Shown one piece after another: positions 38,379-51,346 of a stretch of 64,000 bases of DNA (position 1 is its first letter; each line of letters starts with the position of its first letter). This stretch comes from Octopus vulgaris. Taxonomy: Eukaryota. Below the pieces are notes generated by a model. It did no database searches and was not told the DNA's origin. It saw only the letters and a program-made list of their open reading frames with translations. Location: positions 61,566,001 to 61,630,000 of the forward strand of contig OX597831.1 of NCBI GenBank assembly GCA_951406725.2, read 5' to 3'. Made by a program: the position numbers and the translations under genes.

Positions 38379-38900
38379 TACAGGGTGGCCCAAAAGTCAC
38401 TGTGGGATTTTAATTTTAAATAACTCCTTTGTTTTTACAATTAGGTATATGAAATTTTAATTCAATATAGAAGAAATAATGGAAATTAATTTGCATCAGT
38501 CTTTTTTCATCATACCTCTGCATTACGTATGAAAAAGGACATCTTTTAAATGGCATCCATTTTCAGCTTCACACGTGTGCCTTTTTCAAAATATATTCCA
38601 TGACAACTGTAAGGGTTTGAGGGTCCAGTTCTCTCATTTCTCTAGGGATATTCTCCTTCAATTGCTCCATGGTTTCTGGTTTGTTGGTATAAACCTTCTC
38701 CTTGAGGTATCCTCACAAGTCAGGTCTAGTCAAGTCTGGGGAACGCGATGGCCAGTTGACATCGCAGTAGTGGGAGATGATGCTTTCTCCAAAATATTGC
38801 CTCAGCAACTGTATTGTCTCTCTTGTATGAGCAATTGCCCCATCTTCCAGTTTAATACCCATCGACTTTGTTACCTCATAACTCCCAGAAAAATGGATAC
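38379..38900 (-). mobile_element. Tc1/mariner-superfamily transposase 3' fragment
   Basis: DGAIAHTRETIQLL..YFGESIIS...NWPSRSPDLT; TACAGGGTG terminus at 38379. Confidence 0.82.
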
Positions 38901-40609
38901 TTTTTAACAAAACTTTCACCAAATAATCACGTATATCATGTAGATTGGGTGTATGTAAAGATTTGTTGCAAAAGTTTTCTGAGGTGTTGGGGAGAGGAGT
39001 TTTGGAAAATTCACAGGACCTCAATTTTTCCCCTCATAACTTTCTGGAAAATAAGTATTTTTTAACGAAATTTAATACAAATACCTTTCAAACGGTGTAG
39101 ATTACGGTTATAAAGAAATTTGTAGGCAAAATTTTTGGAAGGGGTCGTGGGGGAGGAGTTTCTGGAAAACAGCATTTCGGATCAAACTGCCCACATAAGT
39201 TGGAATTTCTTCGTTTTGACTGGGATCTTTTTCCAATGTTTTTCACCAAAATCTTCAGAATGATGGGAGGCATCTTTTCACGAAAAAATGAAAAAAAATT
39301 TGAAAATTTATTGTTTTTCCCTCCTGTCACTCCCTCACCACCGCAGTCCGAAACGATTTTGACTTTTTTTTTCCACTACCTACTTAAAGCCTGTGAGAGA
39401 AACACATTCCCAAACCTTCCTCCTCGTTTCTTTCTCACTCACACATCTCTAGATATTTTTCAATGTTTTCTTACAATAAACAAATTTTATGGAATTATGT
39501 TGTCAAAGTAACACACGTGTAGTCCCAACCGAGTGAGGCCGTGTTATGTGTGTGTGTAAGAAAAAAAACACACCTAAAACATCTTTTGGTGCCCATATTA
39601 ATCTACCAAATGTAATGCTTATTTGTTCACATTATTTTGAATTACTCAGGTTCTAGAGATGTGTCCACAATATTTGCTTGTAACTTTCTAAATTTTTTAC
39701 ATACAGATATGAAATTTTGTCAGTGGGTACTTTATATACTACTTGTTTATAGTTATGTAAATTTAGCTGACTTTTATTTGCAGGTTTAATTAACAGGTAT
39801 AAAAGCATTGACATTATGGATAAACACTAAAATTGAAATTTTTAATGCATCTTACCTGTTTGATTTGTTACTAAAACTATCCCAGAGAGCAACTGACAAA
39901 AAGTTTACCACTTTTCAAGATGAGGTACATTAATTTGAATTAATTCAGATACAGGTAAAATCGGTATAAGATTTTATTCGTTCGGTAGATACTTCACACC
40001 TTGGTGTGGAAAATTTTTTCCACAGTTCTTTGGGTGCATTCAACATATCCAAACCCACTGCAAGCCACATTTTTCCGAAAAAGAAAGGTAGGAGGGGTGG
40101 TGGGGACCTTGAAATTTCCAACCAAGGGAGTTTTGTTTCACGGGTCCTTTTTCTTTTCTAGGTTGTTTTGCACGCTTCCAATGAATCTGCATCGAAATCA
40201 TAGAGCTCCTTTTTCCAGAAAGGGAAATATTTGGCTGCTATTTCTAGCATGCCCTGCTACCATGTAACAGCTATTTGCGTTCACACCGAAATATTTACAA
40301 ACTTATTCCCTTCCATTTATTTTTTACACTTTATGGAGGTTAATATCTTCTCTGTTGATATCCACCTCAGCGAAGTCGCAGATCAAATGGAAACACATCA
40401 ATCACTGTTCCCTCTTGACAAGACAAAGAAATTTCCCACTCTCTTTGTAAGCAACAAGTGGGTTGTTTTGATTTCAAATCCAGGCAGAGCCAAATGAGAT
40501 CATACAAGTTATTTATTATAAGTGGCATTATATCAGAGTTGAAAGAATGACGCATACAATATTAAATATACTAAAACCATCTGAAAACAATAAAAACTTT
40601 TAAACGTTA

Positions 40610-40784
40610 GCCAGTTTTATGAAATCTTTGGGTTAACGAACTTGAATTAACAGAAGTTAAATGTTACGGAAGTTAATTAGTGTTATAAGGATTTTCAAAG
40701 TTAATTTAAAAGTTAAGTCGTTAATGAAAATGTCAACTTTGTTAATTAACAATTAATGGCTTAACAGATTTACACCTAGCTCTG
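40610..40784. repeat. AGTTAA/TTAAC subterminal repeat cluster, probable hAT-like end
   Basis: About ten (A)GTTAA/TTAAC motifs ending in CCTAGCTCTG (reverse complement CAGAGCTAGG). Confidence 0.4.
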
Positions 40785-41223
40785 TATTCTGTATATATAT
40801 ATATAAGTACGTATATAGTCTGACGGTTGCTTAGCTGGCTAAAACTTCAAAGTCACTGTCAACAACATTCCTTTATAATAATAATAAATTTGTCCTCTAC
40901 AAAAGTATAGAGTAACCCATCAAATTAAGGAATAATTGTTTTTATTATAACTGAAGATAAAAACAGACATTGATACATACACACACACATACATATATAT
41001 ACATACATATATACATACATACATATATGCATATATATATATCTATCTATCTATCTATATGTATATATATATATATATATATATTATCCTACATTATACC
41101 GGTATAACCACGATGCAACCCTGAAAAAACTGACTTACCAGTCAGTATCAATAGTCAGTAGCTGGCATACTGAAATAGGAGCTTTATTTGCAAACCCGTA
41201 ACATTACCATAAACAAATTTAAA

Positions 41224-41263
<40 letters not shown>

Positions 41264-41274
41264 ATAATAATAAT

Positions 41275-41524
41275 ATTAGGGAGTAAATCCAAACTTACAG
41301 GGAAAAATTAGATTTAGGATTAAATCCAATTTTATAGTATAAATATATATTATATTAAATTAGAGATAAAACCACTATTAGGCAAATCAAACAGTGAAAA
41401 TCATAAGCCAATACAAAAAATATAAAATATAAATATAAAAATATAAAATATAAAATTCCAAAATTAAAATATTTAAATTAAAGTTAAAATTTTAAAAATT
41501 ATTTAAATAATCTAAACTTATAAA

Positions 41525-41530
<6 letters not shown>
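41275..41530 (+). mobile_element. AT-rich repeat between (TA)n tracts, probable Penelope-like terminus
   Basis: Homology to 10975-11190 and 34965-35195. Confidence 0.5.
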
Positions 41531-41575
<45 letters not shown>

Positions 41576-42419
41576 AGCATTATGCACTCTGTTCTTTATT
41601 CTGAAAGGGATTCCGCTTGTTTACAACAGAGTTAATTACTCTTATAACTTTATCCATGATTTTTACTGATGCTACAATGCTTTGAGATTAGTTACGCTAT
41701 TTTGATATAAGACTCTATAAACTACCTTCTTTATCAATCAGCCTGTAATCCCAATACATTTCTTATAAACACAGAACGACATATGAAGCTATTTTCAAAT
41801 CTTTTTCTGCTTATTAAACATGATTACTTCCCTGCTTTCAGTCAGATTCTGTTTCTTTTCTTTTAACTAAAACTTTTCTTGATCAAGTTTACTTCAAGAT
41901 ATTTCAATTCTAAGTTTTGCTTCTATACTTAGAATATATTCAGTAGAAAAATTAAAAGTTTTGAATGGTACAACAATGCACTATAATATAGACAATGGCT
42001 ATATACCTGTTGTAATTTAGTTATCCATAGTCCGATGATATTTCGGAATACAATTCCTTCTTCAAATATTCTTAGATGGAGTCGCTGCTACAATCGGTTT
42101 CCCAATGACTTTTTATTCAGTAAAATCTTCAAGAGACTTAGCTATTAAAAATATATCGCTCAGATACAAGAGTTCCTATAGACAGCCAGCCTTGACTTTC
42201 TATGTTATAATATCTATAATAACTACAATAACCAGGCTGAGGCTGATAACTGGACCTTGATGGAAATTCACTTGCAAGCCAAATTCTTCATTAAACTCAT
42301 TGACAACTCACACCTTGTTGACATCTCTGTACATGTTTTGTATGTCTCTCATATGCCATTTATTTTGATGTGGTTTTCCACCAGACAGCAAAGTGTGCAG
42401 CCCTGTTAATGGCTCAGTA

Positions 42420-42729
42420 GAAGTGGCTCCAGAGCTGTTTTTCACTCCTGCTCCAGAGCATCAGCTGCAGGGTCACTCTGAAAAGCTCTATCTGCGATGA
42501 TTTCATCTCAATCGAAGGAGAGGGGCTTTCTCCGTCCAGGTTGCGTATCTGTGGAATAAGCTGCTGGACGAGATAGTGAAGATACTGACGACCACTCGGT
42601 TCAAAGTCTCTCTTGACCAGAAATGGCCTGAACTCTTTGCATGAACACCCTCCCTGTACATAACTCCATGTCCCCCTACATGGCCTTGCTTTTACTTTTT
42701 GAGCCAAAAAATTAACTTAACTTAACTTA
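42420..42729 (+). mobile_element. CR1-type LINE 3' end
   Basis: LQGHSEKLYLR*FHLNRRRGAFSVQVAYLWNKLLDEIV...FKVSLDQKW; tail (AACTT)n. Confidence 0.75.
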
Positions 42730-42959
42730 TTTTCAGCTCAAAATTTCCCTTGTCTTTCTCTTTGTATAAAATAGTTGGCAAATTTAAACTGTATCTCATC
42801 TAAACTAAGTTTCTTTCAAATCATTTGTTTTAACTTTTTCTGATATTTTCATAATTTGGACCATCCCTTTGATACTTTCTAGAGCATGTTTTTTGCTCAT
42901 GTAGCAGTCATTCATGATGATGATGATGATATTGCTACACAAGTCATTAGGATATGTCA

Positions 42960-44660
42960 GCTCCCTGTACTGCCTGATGACTTTGTGGTTGACTTATAGG
43001 AGTTTGACCTGATGGATATTTTCTGAACCTCTGCAACACCTTCACGGCTTCACTGCTTTACCTGCCTTTTTTGATCCTTAACTATGCCTTCATTTGTAAA
43101 GTTGACGCTGTGATTGTTGGTTCCTCTTTCACGTCAAAGTGAAGTAGTCTCTCTTTCTTCCTCATCTCCTCTACTTTCAGCAACTTCTTAGTCTAACATT
43201 TCCAAACGCCATTCATCATGTCCTTGCTGAAGATACTACTACTGCTATTCTGTTAATGCTTTTCTTCAATAGCATCTTGATTCATACTGACACATAGCTG
43301 TACATTCCAGAACATATCATATCTCTGATCCTCTCATTGCAGGATATTGACAAACTTTACTTTCAGTTTCTCCCTATATTACATACGTGTATATACTTGC
43401 TGTCACATCTCTTCTTGCAATTTGATATTATTCCTGGTTTTCCATATTTCTTTCAAATTTTCTATGGCTGTCTCTTAGCATTTGTATCTACTGCACCATT
43501 CCACAACTATATCACTTTCCATCTGGTTGGAACCAATGATCCAGCCTATAACTCAAAGCAAATTGTTTGATAGAAATTTCCTGTTGTACACAAAATTAGT
43601 GGTCTCTGTCTTCTACTAATAAATATATATGTAACCTAATACTTCTGTGGAGGCACATGGCCTAGTGGTTAGAGCAGCGAACTCACAGTCGATGGATGGC
43701 GGGCTCGTGTCTCAGACCAGGCGATGTGTGTGTTTATGAGCGAAACACCTAAGCTCCATGCGGCTCCAGCAGAAGGTAATGTCAAACTTCTGTTGATTCT
43801 TTCACCACAACTTTCTCTCACTCTTTACTCCTGCATCTTGCAGCTCACCTGTGATGGACTGGTGTCCCGTCCAGGTGGGGAACCTATACACCAAGGGAAC
43901 CAGGAGACCGGCCCTTATGAGCCAGGCATGGCTCGAGAAGGAATTAGTACTTCTGTGATCTGATCTTTTAACTTACATGCATTCCTTCATTCTTCACATT
44001 GTCAGGTTTTACTGAGTTCCTTAGCTCTTACTCTGAAATCAGAATTCTATATCAGAATGCCTATATCATATATTCTATATTCTTCACTCCGGAAAACTTT
44101 GGTATTTTCTAATGTTGGTGTCTATGAAGTTTATCTGGCCAACACATTCACTTGTTTTGTAGGTAATCAAGAAGGTAATCAAGATAGTGTTGCAGATAGT
44201 TAAGTGTATCACAAAATTCCAAGAACCTTGAACCTTTCTTATTCCTTGTACTATATCCATTGCTTTCATGTATACCAGATTAGCTGTCTGGAGTTGTCCA
44301 ATATGCTTATTAAATTCAGTAACCATGATAATGAGATCACAGCAAGAGAACAATCCTTTTGTTGGTCTCTCAGACTCAGTGGTGGTGCATCTGCTGAGAT
44401 AAGCTGTTGCCATCACGTTTCCTTTGATTGTCTAAGCTTAATTAATATTGTCATATACACTGATTATTTCAGTTGCTTTATCTATCCATTTTCCTGCCAA
44501 GAATATATCTACAGCATCAATTCTATTTTAGTTATCCATTCAGAGGAATTTGTGGTCATGGTCCTCGAATATAAGAGGCCTAATTTGGGCTCTTTTAAAC
44601 ATTACCTCTTGTACACAACACTCATCTACATGTATTTGTTCCGTATCTCTAAAATCTAAC
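42960..44660 (-). mobile_element. Heavily decayed RTE-like LINE, interrupted by a SINE
   Basis: Coding-like composition with degraded RT-type motifs on the minus strand; (GAT)n near 42915. Confidence 0.4.
43647..43943 (+). mobile_element. tRNA-derived SINE, family B with tail type 2
   Basis: GTGGAGGCACATGGCCTAGTGGTTAGAGC; flanking TA(A/G)TACTTCTGTG TSD. Confidence 0.9.
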
Positions 44661-45440
44661 TTCTTTGGTACTAACATTGATAATGACACCCCTTAAGTTT
44701 CATGTCTGACTGGAAGAGGAAGATGGTTTGTAGATTATTGTTAGATGTAAATATTTCTTGCTTGTTGTCAATATTTTCAAAATTCAAATTTTATATGCAT
44801 ATTGGTTTGTTTATCAAGTAAAAGACACACTTTGTCTGAAATTTATTTTTCTATTTTCCATCTTGGAAAATATTTCCAGAAGAAATATTCAACCAAATAG
44901 CATTTTAATATAGAATTCATTACATCATATGTTTAGAAAGTTGAACTAAATAAATTAATCTATAGTTGAAAATAAATTTGTACTTGCCATACTTCAAAGT
45001 CATCAAGAACTGTTGAGCTTTTAGCAAAAGGATGTAATTAAGAAATAATATATTTTTTTTTATTTGCTTGATGCTCTCTCTTTACATTTATTTCTTTTCT
45101 TTTATTTATATTTTTTTATTTATTTATATTTTTTCTGTATTTTTCTAACAAGTAGATGATATCGTTTTATAGCAAGAATATCATCTTACAGTAGCTGATT
45201 CGATGATTACTATCTTTCCAAGCTACAAAGAAATTTAAATGATTTTAATGGAATTTATTCCGCAGTAAAGGAGCTACTTGTCTCTAATGTAAATAGCTAA
45301 CAAACCATGATGTCTCTTCTTTTGCTCCAGCATAACAAACTCTGTTTTTGTATTTAATGGAGTTTAGAGGCAACTTCTTTACTGTTAGTTTTTCTACCTT
45401 AATTTTTGAAAGCAAATGAAAGCATTGTTGCAAACTTAAG

Positions 45441-45665
45441 TTATCATCATCATCATCATCACCATCGTCGTCGTTATCATCATCATCATCATCATCATCG
45501 TCATCATCATTATGTAATCATCATAATCATCATCATCATTGCCGCTGTTGTCATCACTGGTTTCCTCCTGCTCATTATCATCATCACCACCCCCACCGCC
45601 AGCACCACCATCACCACTATCATCATCATCATCGTCATCATCCTCATATTTATTAACATCATCAT
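45441..45665. repeat. (CAT)n trinucleotide low-complexity tract
   Basis: Direct reading. Confidence 0.9.
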
Positions 45666-45694
45666 CTCACACTCGATATTGTTTCTACTATTAC

Positions 45695-45848
45695 ATTCTG
45701 AGTTCAAATTCCGTCGAGGTCAAATTTACCTTTCATCTTTTCATAGTCGATAACTTAAGTACCAGATGCGTACTGGGGTCGGTCTAATGGACTGCCCCCA
45801 CCCCTCCCCCAAAATTTCGAGCCTTGTGCCTACAGTAGAAAAGAATAT
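45695..45848 (+). mobile_element. SINE family C (Nin-domain-like) fragment
   Basis: TTCTGAGTTCAAATTCCG...CCTTTCATC...GTCGATAA..AAGTACCAG. Confidence 0.7.
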
Positions 45849-46409
45849 TGTTTCTACTATGAAAGACTATTGTATTAGTCTCTTCTTAACTTTCACTCTC
45901 TCTCCCTCTCTTTTTTTTCTCTCTCTCTCTTGCACAGACTCACACACACATACACACACACATGCACATGCACACGCACACACATATGCACACAGACACC
46001 ACATACGGACACACACATACAGATAAAAAAATTTTCTTTTTTAGTGATAACTACTAAAACTGCAGCAAGTAATATTGGAAGTGATATTTAAATTATAATG
46101 CACTTCTCAGCAACTTCTACTTGTACAGACAGTATTGAGATTACAGCTAAATCAACATATAATCTCTTGTACAGTCTTAGTAACACAGTTGTTATGAATA
46201 GAGAGTACGGCATTATCACAAAGTTATATCACTAATTATTATATAGAAACAATTATTTATTTAGAGACTCAGTGATATGTGCCGTGCATGTTGCTGTTAT
46301 TACAACGTTTTTTTTCTAATAATTATATAGAATTAATTATATATAATGATTATATAATATAATTAAATATAATAATTATGTATTATTACTCAATATAAAA
46401 ATCAGAAAT

Positions 46410-46660
46410 AAATGTGCCCTTTTAAAGCCTAGCCAGGCTCATGGGCCCGGTTTCCCAGTTTCAATGGCGTATGTGTTCCTCAGCTGGACAGGACGCCAAT
46501 CCATCACAGCGTCACTCATTTTTGCCAGCTGAGTAGACTGGAGCAACATGAAATGAAGTGTTTTGCTCAAGAACATAATGCATTGCCTGTCCAGGAATTG
46601 AAACCACAATCTTACGATCAAGGTGCTGACACCCTAACCACTAAGCCACGTGCCTCCACA
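46410..46660 (-). mobile_element. tRNA-derived SINE family E
   Basis: Minus head GTGGAGGCACGTGGCTTAGTGGTTAGG; CORE-like body; tail GATGGATTGGCGTCCTGTCCAG shared with family B tail 2. Confidence 0.82.
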
Positions 46661-46779
46661 ATTTATTCAATATAATAATTATATATAATAATTTATATAA
46701 TAATTATAAATTATTCACAATTATTTGATTTCAAACACTGAGGTAGAAAAACTAGCATGAAAGGAAGGGGTCATATAAA

Positions 46780-47000
46780 CTTATAGGGTCAGTTTCCTGG
46801 ATTCTGGGATATATGGACTCCCTGTTGGAAAGAATGCTAGTTCATTGCAGGAATTCTTATTTTTGCCTGCTGAGCAGACTGGAGCAATGTGTAATGAAAT
46901 GTTTTGCTCAAGAACACAACACATTGCTCAATCCAGGAATCAAAACTACAATCTTACAGTCGTGAGTTTGAAACCCTGACCACTAAAACACATGCCTTCA
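46780..47000 (-). mobile_element. SINE family E, diverged
   Basis: Similar to 46410-46660. Confidence 0.6.
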
Positions 47001-47281
47001 CATTAAAGAAGTTGCCTTTAAACTCCATGAAATGCAAAAATAAAGTTAGTAACGGTGGAGTAAATGAAGAGACATCATGGTTTGTTTGCTATTTACATTA
47101 GAGACAAATAACTCATTATATTTGGAGTGGTTGAGCTTAATCAAATGAGAGAATGAAGCACCACTGATATATTTCATGAGCTGCATGAATAGTGGGAAGA
47201 AGAGAGGTTAACCTGATACCAGAAAAAAATGGCCAGATTGCTAGTTACAGAATGGACCCAGCTCAAGGCACTGAAGTGACT

Positions 47282-47507
47282 ACTCTTACTCGCTTTTACT
47301 CTTTTACTTGTTTCAGTCATTTGACTGTGGCCATGCTGGAGCACCACCTTTTAGTCGAGCAAATCAACCCCAGGACTTATTCTTTGTAAGCCTAGTACTT
47401 ATTCTATCGGTCTCTTTTGCTGAACCGCTAAGTTACGGGGACGTAAACACACCAGCATCGGTTGTGATGTTGGGGGGACAAACACAGACACACAAACATA
47501 TACACAT

Positions 47508-47558
<51 letters not shown>

Positions 47559-47722
47559 TACGACGGCTTCTTTCAGTTTCCGTCTACCAAATCCACTCAC
47601 AAGGCTTTGGTTGGCTCGAGGCTATAGTAGAAGACACTTGCCCAAGGTGCCACATAATGGGACTGAACCCGGAACCATGTGGTTCGTAAGCAATCTTCTT
47701 ACCACCGAGCCACTCCAACGCC
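47282..47722 (-). mobile_element. SINE family A, full length
   Basis: Reverse complement of the family A consensus. Confidence 0.92.
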
Positions 47723-48868
47723 TATATGACAGTATTAAGAACCAACCTATTGATTAAATTCTTTGTATACCAAAGACATTCTCGCTGATAAACTTCCATA
47801 CCATTTCTAAGCATTAAATTACAAACAGACACTTTTGGTTGACTCAAGAGTGTGGTTGAAGGCACCTACCCGTGGTACCATGCAGTGGGATTGAACTCTC
47901 AAACCTTGAGACAACATAGCTACAGAGCAGATTTCTTAACAACACTATAGTAGTGCCTGTAGCCATATATATTCCTCACAAATATATGAGCCCACAGTGA
48001 AGAAGCCACTCAGTGGTTGGTGTGCCTGCTAAAGCTAGCAGGCAATTTCCCTTTAAACCTCACTCTAGCAACTTACGAAGGACAGATGGGTAATGTAATC
48101 CAAGATATTCCTGACATGTTGGCATAGGCATAACTGTCACACTGTTGATCACAGTTTACCTCAAGCTATGCAACAACAATAACAACAACAACAACAACCA
48201 GTGACTACAATCAATAAACTCCATGGCATGCAAAACCCATAATACTTGCTTCATTTATAATTAACAGCTTCTAAATTTATGATCTTTCACATTGACATGC
48301 AAATGATGACTCCATCTTTTTTTCAAGCATTGTATGACTTGGATTACATTATTTAATGTGTCCTTCAATTTTAAGATGAAAGAATGTGATTTGAGGAATA
48401 TTTTGGCTGCTGCTTGTTGCGGGTTAAACAAACACATTAAGGCTCTCTCGTTGCCTTATTGCTACAAAATTTAATCAGTTGGAATATTTGAAGGATCTTA
48501 TTAAAAAAAGACATAAATAAGACAAATATACCTCATTGAAACTAAACAACAGCAAATATTTTCTAAACTAGCACTTGTTAATAATGATATTAGAGGTGTT
48601 AATCTTTAATATCAGTTATTAAAATAAGGGTGATGGATACCTGGACCAGCAGAATCTCAAAAACAAAAAGCCTTCAGCTTCGTACTCTTACATTCAGAGT
48701 TCAATTTCTGTTCAGCTATATGACTTTGGGAAGCATCTTGGGCAAATGTGTTCTACCGTAACCCTGTGAAGATCAAAGCCTTGTGAGTGGATTTGGTAGA
48801 CGGAAACTGAAAGAAGCACATCGTATATGTGTGTGTGTGAGCATGCGTGTGTGTGTGTGCGTGTGTGT

Positions 48869-48936
<68 letters not shown>

Positions 48937-48999
48937 CTGAGCATGTGTGAATGTTATAATGTCGATAGGCACTGAAATATGGATGATGAAATCTCAAAG

Positions 49000-49400
49000 A
49001 GAATAAGGACAGGATGGAAGGCATTTTACATGGTAAAAGATATCTTAAAAACAGAGCTAGACAATAATATATGTGCCAGACTTTTCAATAGCACCATCCC
49101 ACCTTTGTTCTGATACACAAGTGAGATGTGAGCTACTATGAATAAGATAGAATAACAATTGTCTACAAAGCAAAGGGCCATGGAAAGTTCTATATTATGA
49201 GTATCATTACAAGAGAACTTTCAAAATGAAATAATTCATGAATGGAACAGAAAGAACAATGTGATTGCAGAGTACTAAGAGCACAAGTTTCACTGGGCTG
49301 GCCATGTCACAAGGTTCACAGACAACATGTGGACAGGTGCAGTTTCCGAGTGGTATCCAAGAGATTGGAAAAGTCAACTTGGAAGACCTCTATGATGAAG
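49000..49400 (+). mobile_element. RTE LINE 3' fragment
   Basis: HWAGHVTRFTDNMWT..VSEWYPRDWK..LGRP. Confidence 0.7.
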
Positions 49401-49560
49401 GGGAGTTTTGAACCATGAAGAATTTGTACTGGGTTTTTGCAGTTTTGAATTGTTATTAAACATTTTTCTGAAATAGTCTGATAATACAGACACAGACTTT
49501 CCCAAATGCATCAATAAATTAACATTGATAATTTTTTCACCGTTGTTACAATCATCTGAA

Positions 49561-50790
49561 ATGAAACTGTCAAAGCATGATATTTGAGCAGTTTTGCTAT
49601 TGTGCTTCAAAATAGGACATAAAGCAGCCAAAACTGCTTGCAATATCAACAATATCTTTGGTGAGGAAAAGACCAGTGAGTGGTCAGCTCGAAAATGGTT
49701 TAAACAATTTCAAAGTAGAAACCTGAGCCTGGAAGATCATGTGCATAGTGGATGCTCGTCTGTCACTGATGACAGTCAATTAAAGACTGTCGTTGAGAAA
49801 GATCCATGTAAAACCACTCAAGAGGTGGCAAAAGAACTTCAAGTTAGCCAGAAAACTGCCTGCATCCATTTGCATGTGATTGGAAAATCAGAAAATGTGC
49901 AGATATGAAATTTGCTCATTGCTTCTTTTCTGTAACCAGACCAGTCCATTTCTCAACCATATTGTAACTTGCAATGAAAAGTGGATTCTGTACAATAATA
50001 AAAAAACGTTCTTCACAGTGGTTCAACTAAAATGAAGCACTGAAAACCTTCCCTAAGCCCAAGTTCTTCAAAAATTAGATTATGGTGACTGGTAGTGTAC
50101 AGATGGACTCATCCACTACAACTTCTTAAAACCTGGTAAAACCATTACTGCATAAACATATTGCCATGAAATTGCCAAAAGGAATGAAAAATTGCTACTC
50201 CTCCATCCAAGACTGGTCAACAGAAGAGAGCCAATCATTCTTCATGACAATGCCTGACCACACGTTTCACTAATGACTCTCCAGAAGTTGAGTGATTTTG
50301 GCTACGAAGTTCTTCCCCACTCAGCTTATGCCCCACATCTTTCTCTTACCAACTACCACTTTTTCAAGGACCTTGATGGTTTCCTGCAAGAGAAGGAATT
50401 CAAAAATCAAACCGATGCTGAAAGTGCATTCAAAGAGTTCATCAGCTCCAGAACTTCAGATTTTCATGTTACTAGAATAAACAAACTTATGCCCACGGGC
50501 ATATGGCAGAGTAATTAGGAGCGTGGGCTACTAACTCCAAGATTCCAAGCAGTGACCTGAACAATAATAATAATAATAATAATAGTAATAACAATATCGA
50601 AAAATATACCTTAGGAATAAGAACCCAGGTTTGTAATTTCCCCAAGACACCTGAAACATTGTGTTAACAACCAACAAGATGAGGACAAATATCTGTCAAA
50701 TATAAATAATGTAAATAAGGTAAATAATGCATAAACAAACTTGTTGGCTAAACTGTGTTGATTGTAATGGTACTTCGTTGAATAAAATAT
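49561..50790 (+). pseudogene. Near full-length mariner (DD34D-type) transposase fossil
   Basis: FKIGHKAAKTACNIN..FGE, RKWFKQF, IVTCNEKWILYNN, LHDNA*PH, VLPHSAYAPHLSLTNYHFF; interrupted by the 50489-50730 insert. Confidence 0.9.
50489..50730 (+). mobile_element. tRNA-headed retroposon with collapsed hammerhead in its tail
   Basis: 12-bp TSD ATAAACAAACTT (50477-88, 50731-42); TGGCAGAGT A-box-like head; (TAA)n; GACAC-CTGAAACATT-GTGTT. Confidence 0.7.
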
Positions 50791-50871
50791 CTGCATTGTT
50801 GAAATATATTGTGATGAATTTCATGTTTCAAAACGTTGCTTATTTTTTACTCAGCCTGGTGTAAAGTTCTT

Positions 50872-51105
50872 AAGGTGGCAAGCTGGCAGAAACGTTAGCA
50901 CGTCGGGTGAAATGTCTATCGATATTTTGTCTGCCGTTACGTTCTGAGTTCAAATTCCACCGAGATCGACTTTGCCTTTCATCCTTTCGGGGTTGATAAA
51001 TTAAGTACCAGTTACGCACTAGGGTCGATGTAATCGACTTAATCTGTTTGTCTGTCCTTGTTTGTCCCCCCTGTGTTTAGCCCCTTGTGGGTAGTAAAGA
51101 AATAG
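50872..51105 (+). mobile_element. SINE family C (Nin-domain-like), full length
   Basis: GCTGGCAGAAACGTTAGC...GAGTTCAAATTCC...GCCTTTCATCCTTTCGGGG; TSD GGT(G/A)TAAAGTTCTT. Confidence 0.9.
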
Positions 51106-51346
51106 GTATAAAGTTCTTGAAGCAAACGGTGATAACTTGTTTCAAGATATAAACAAAATTATTTTCATTAAATAAGGGATTGTCTTGCTTATTTTCTTTG
51201 ATGTCAAATATTGTAGAGGTTTCCTCTCGGGCTTCCTTCTACTCTAGCACAGATTGGTGCTTTAAACTAATTCTGTTATCTTATATTTCTTCTGATAAAT
51301 TTAGATTGCACCTTCTCTTTCTATTATAAACAACAGCAGCTTGTTG

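Noticed and set aside
43647-43720. Functional tRNA genes (also 56602, 60423, 34560-34630)
   Set aside because: tRNA-like A/B boxes run into SINE bodies, several with TSDs; no complete cloverleaf or terminator
45406-45787. His-rich or Ile-rich membrane protein
   Set aside because: (CAT)n tract read in three frames, running into a SINE fragment
49561-50790. Domesticated SETMAR-like gene
   Set aside because: Multiple stops and frameshifts, catalytic residues decayed, interrupted by a retroposon
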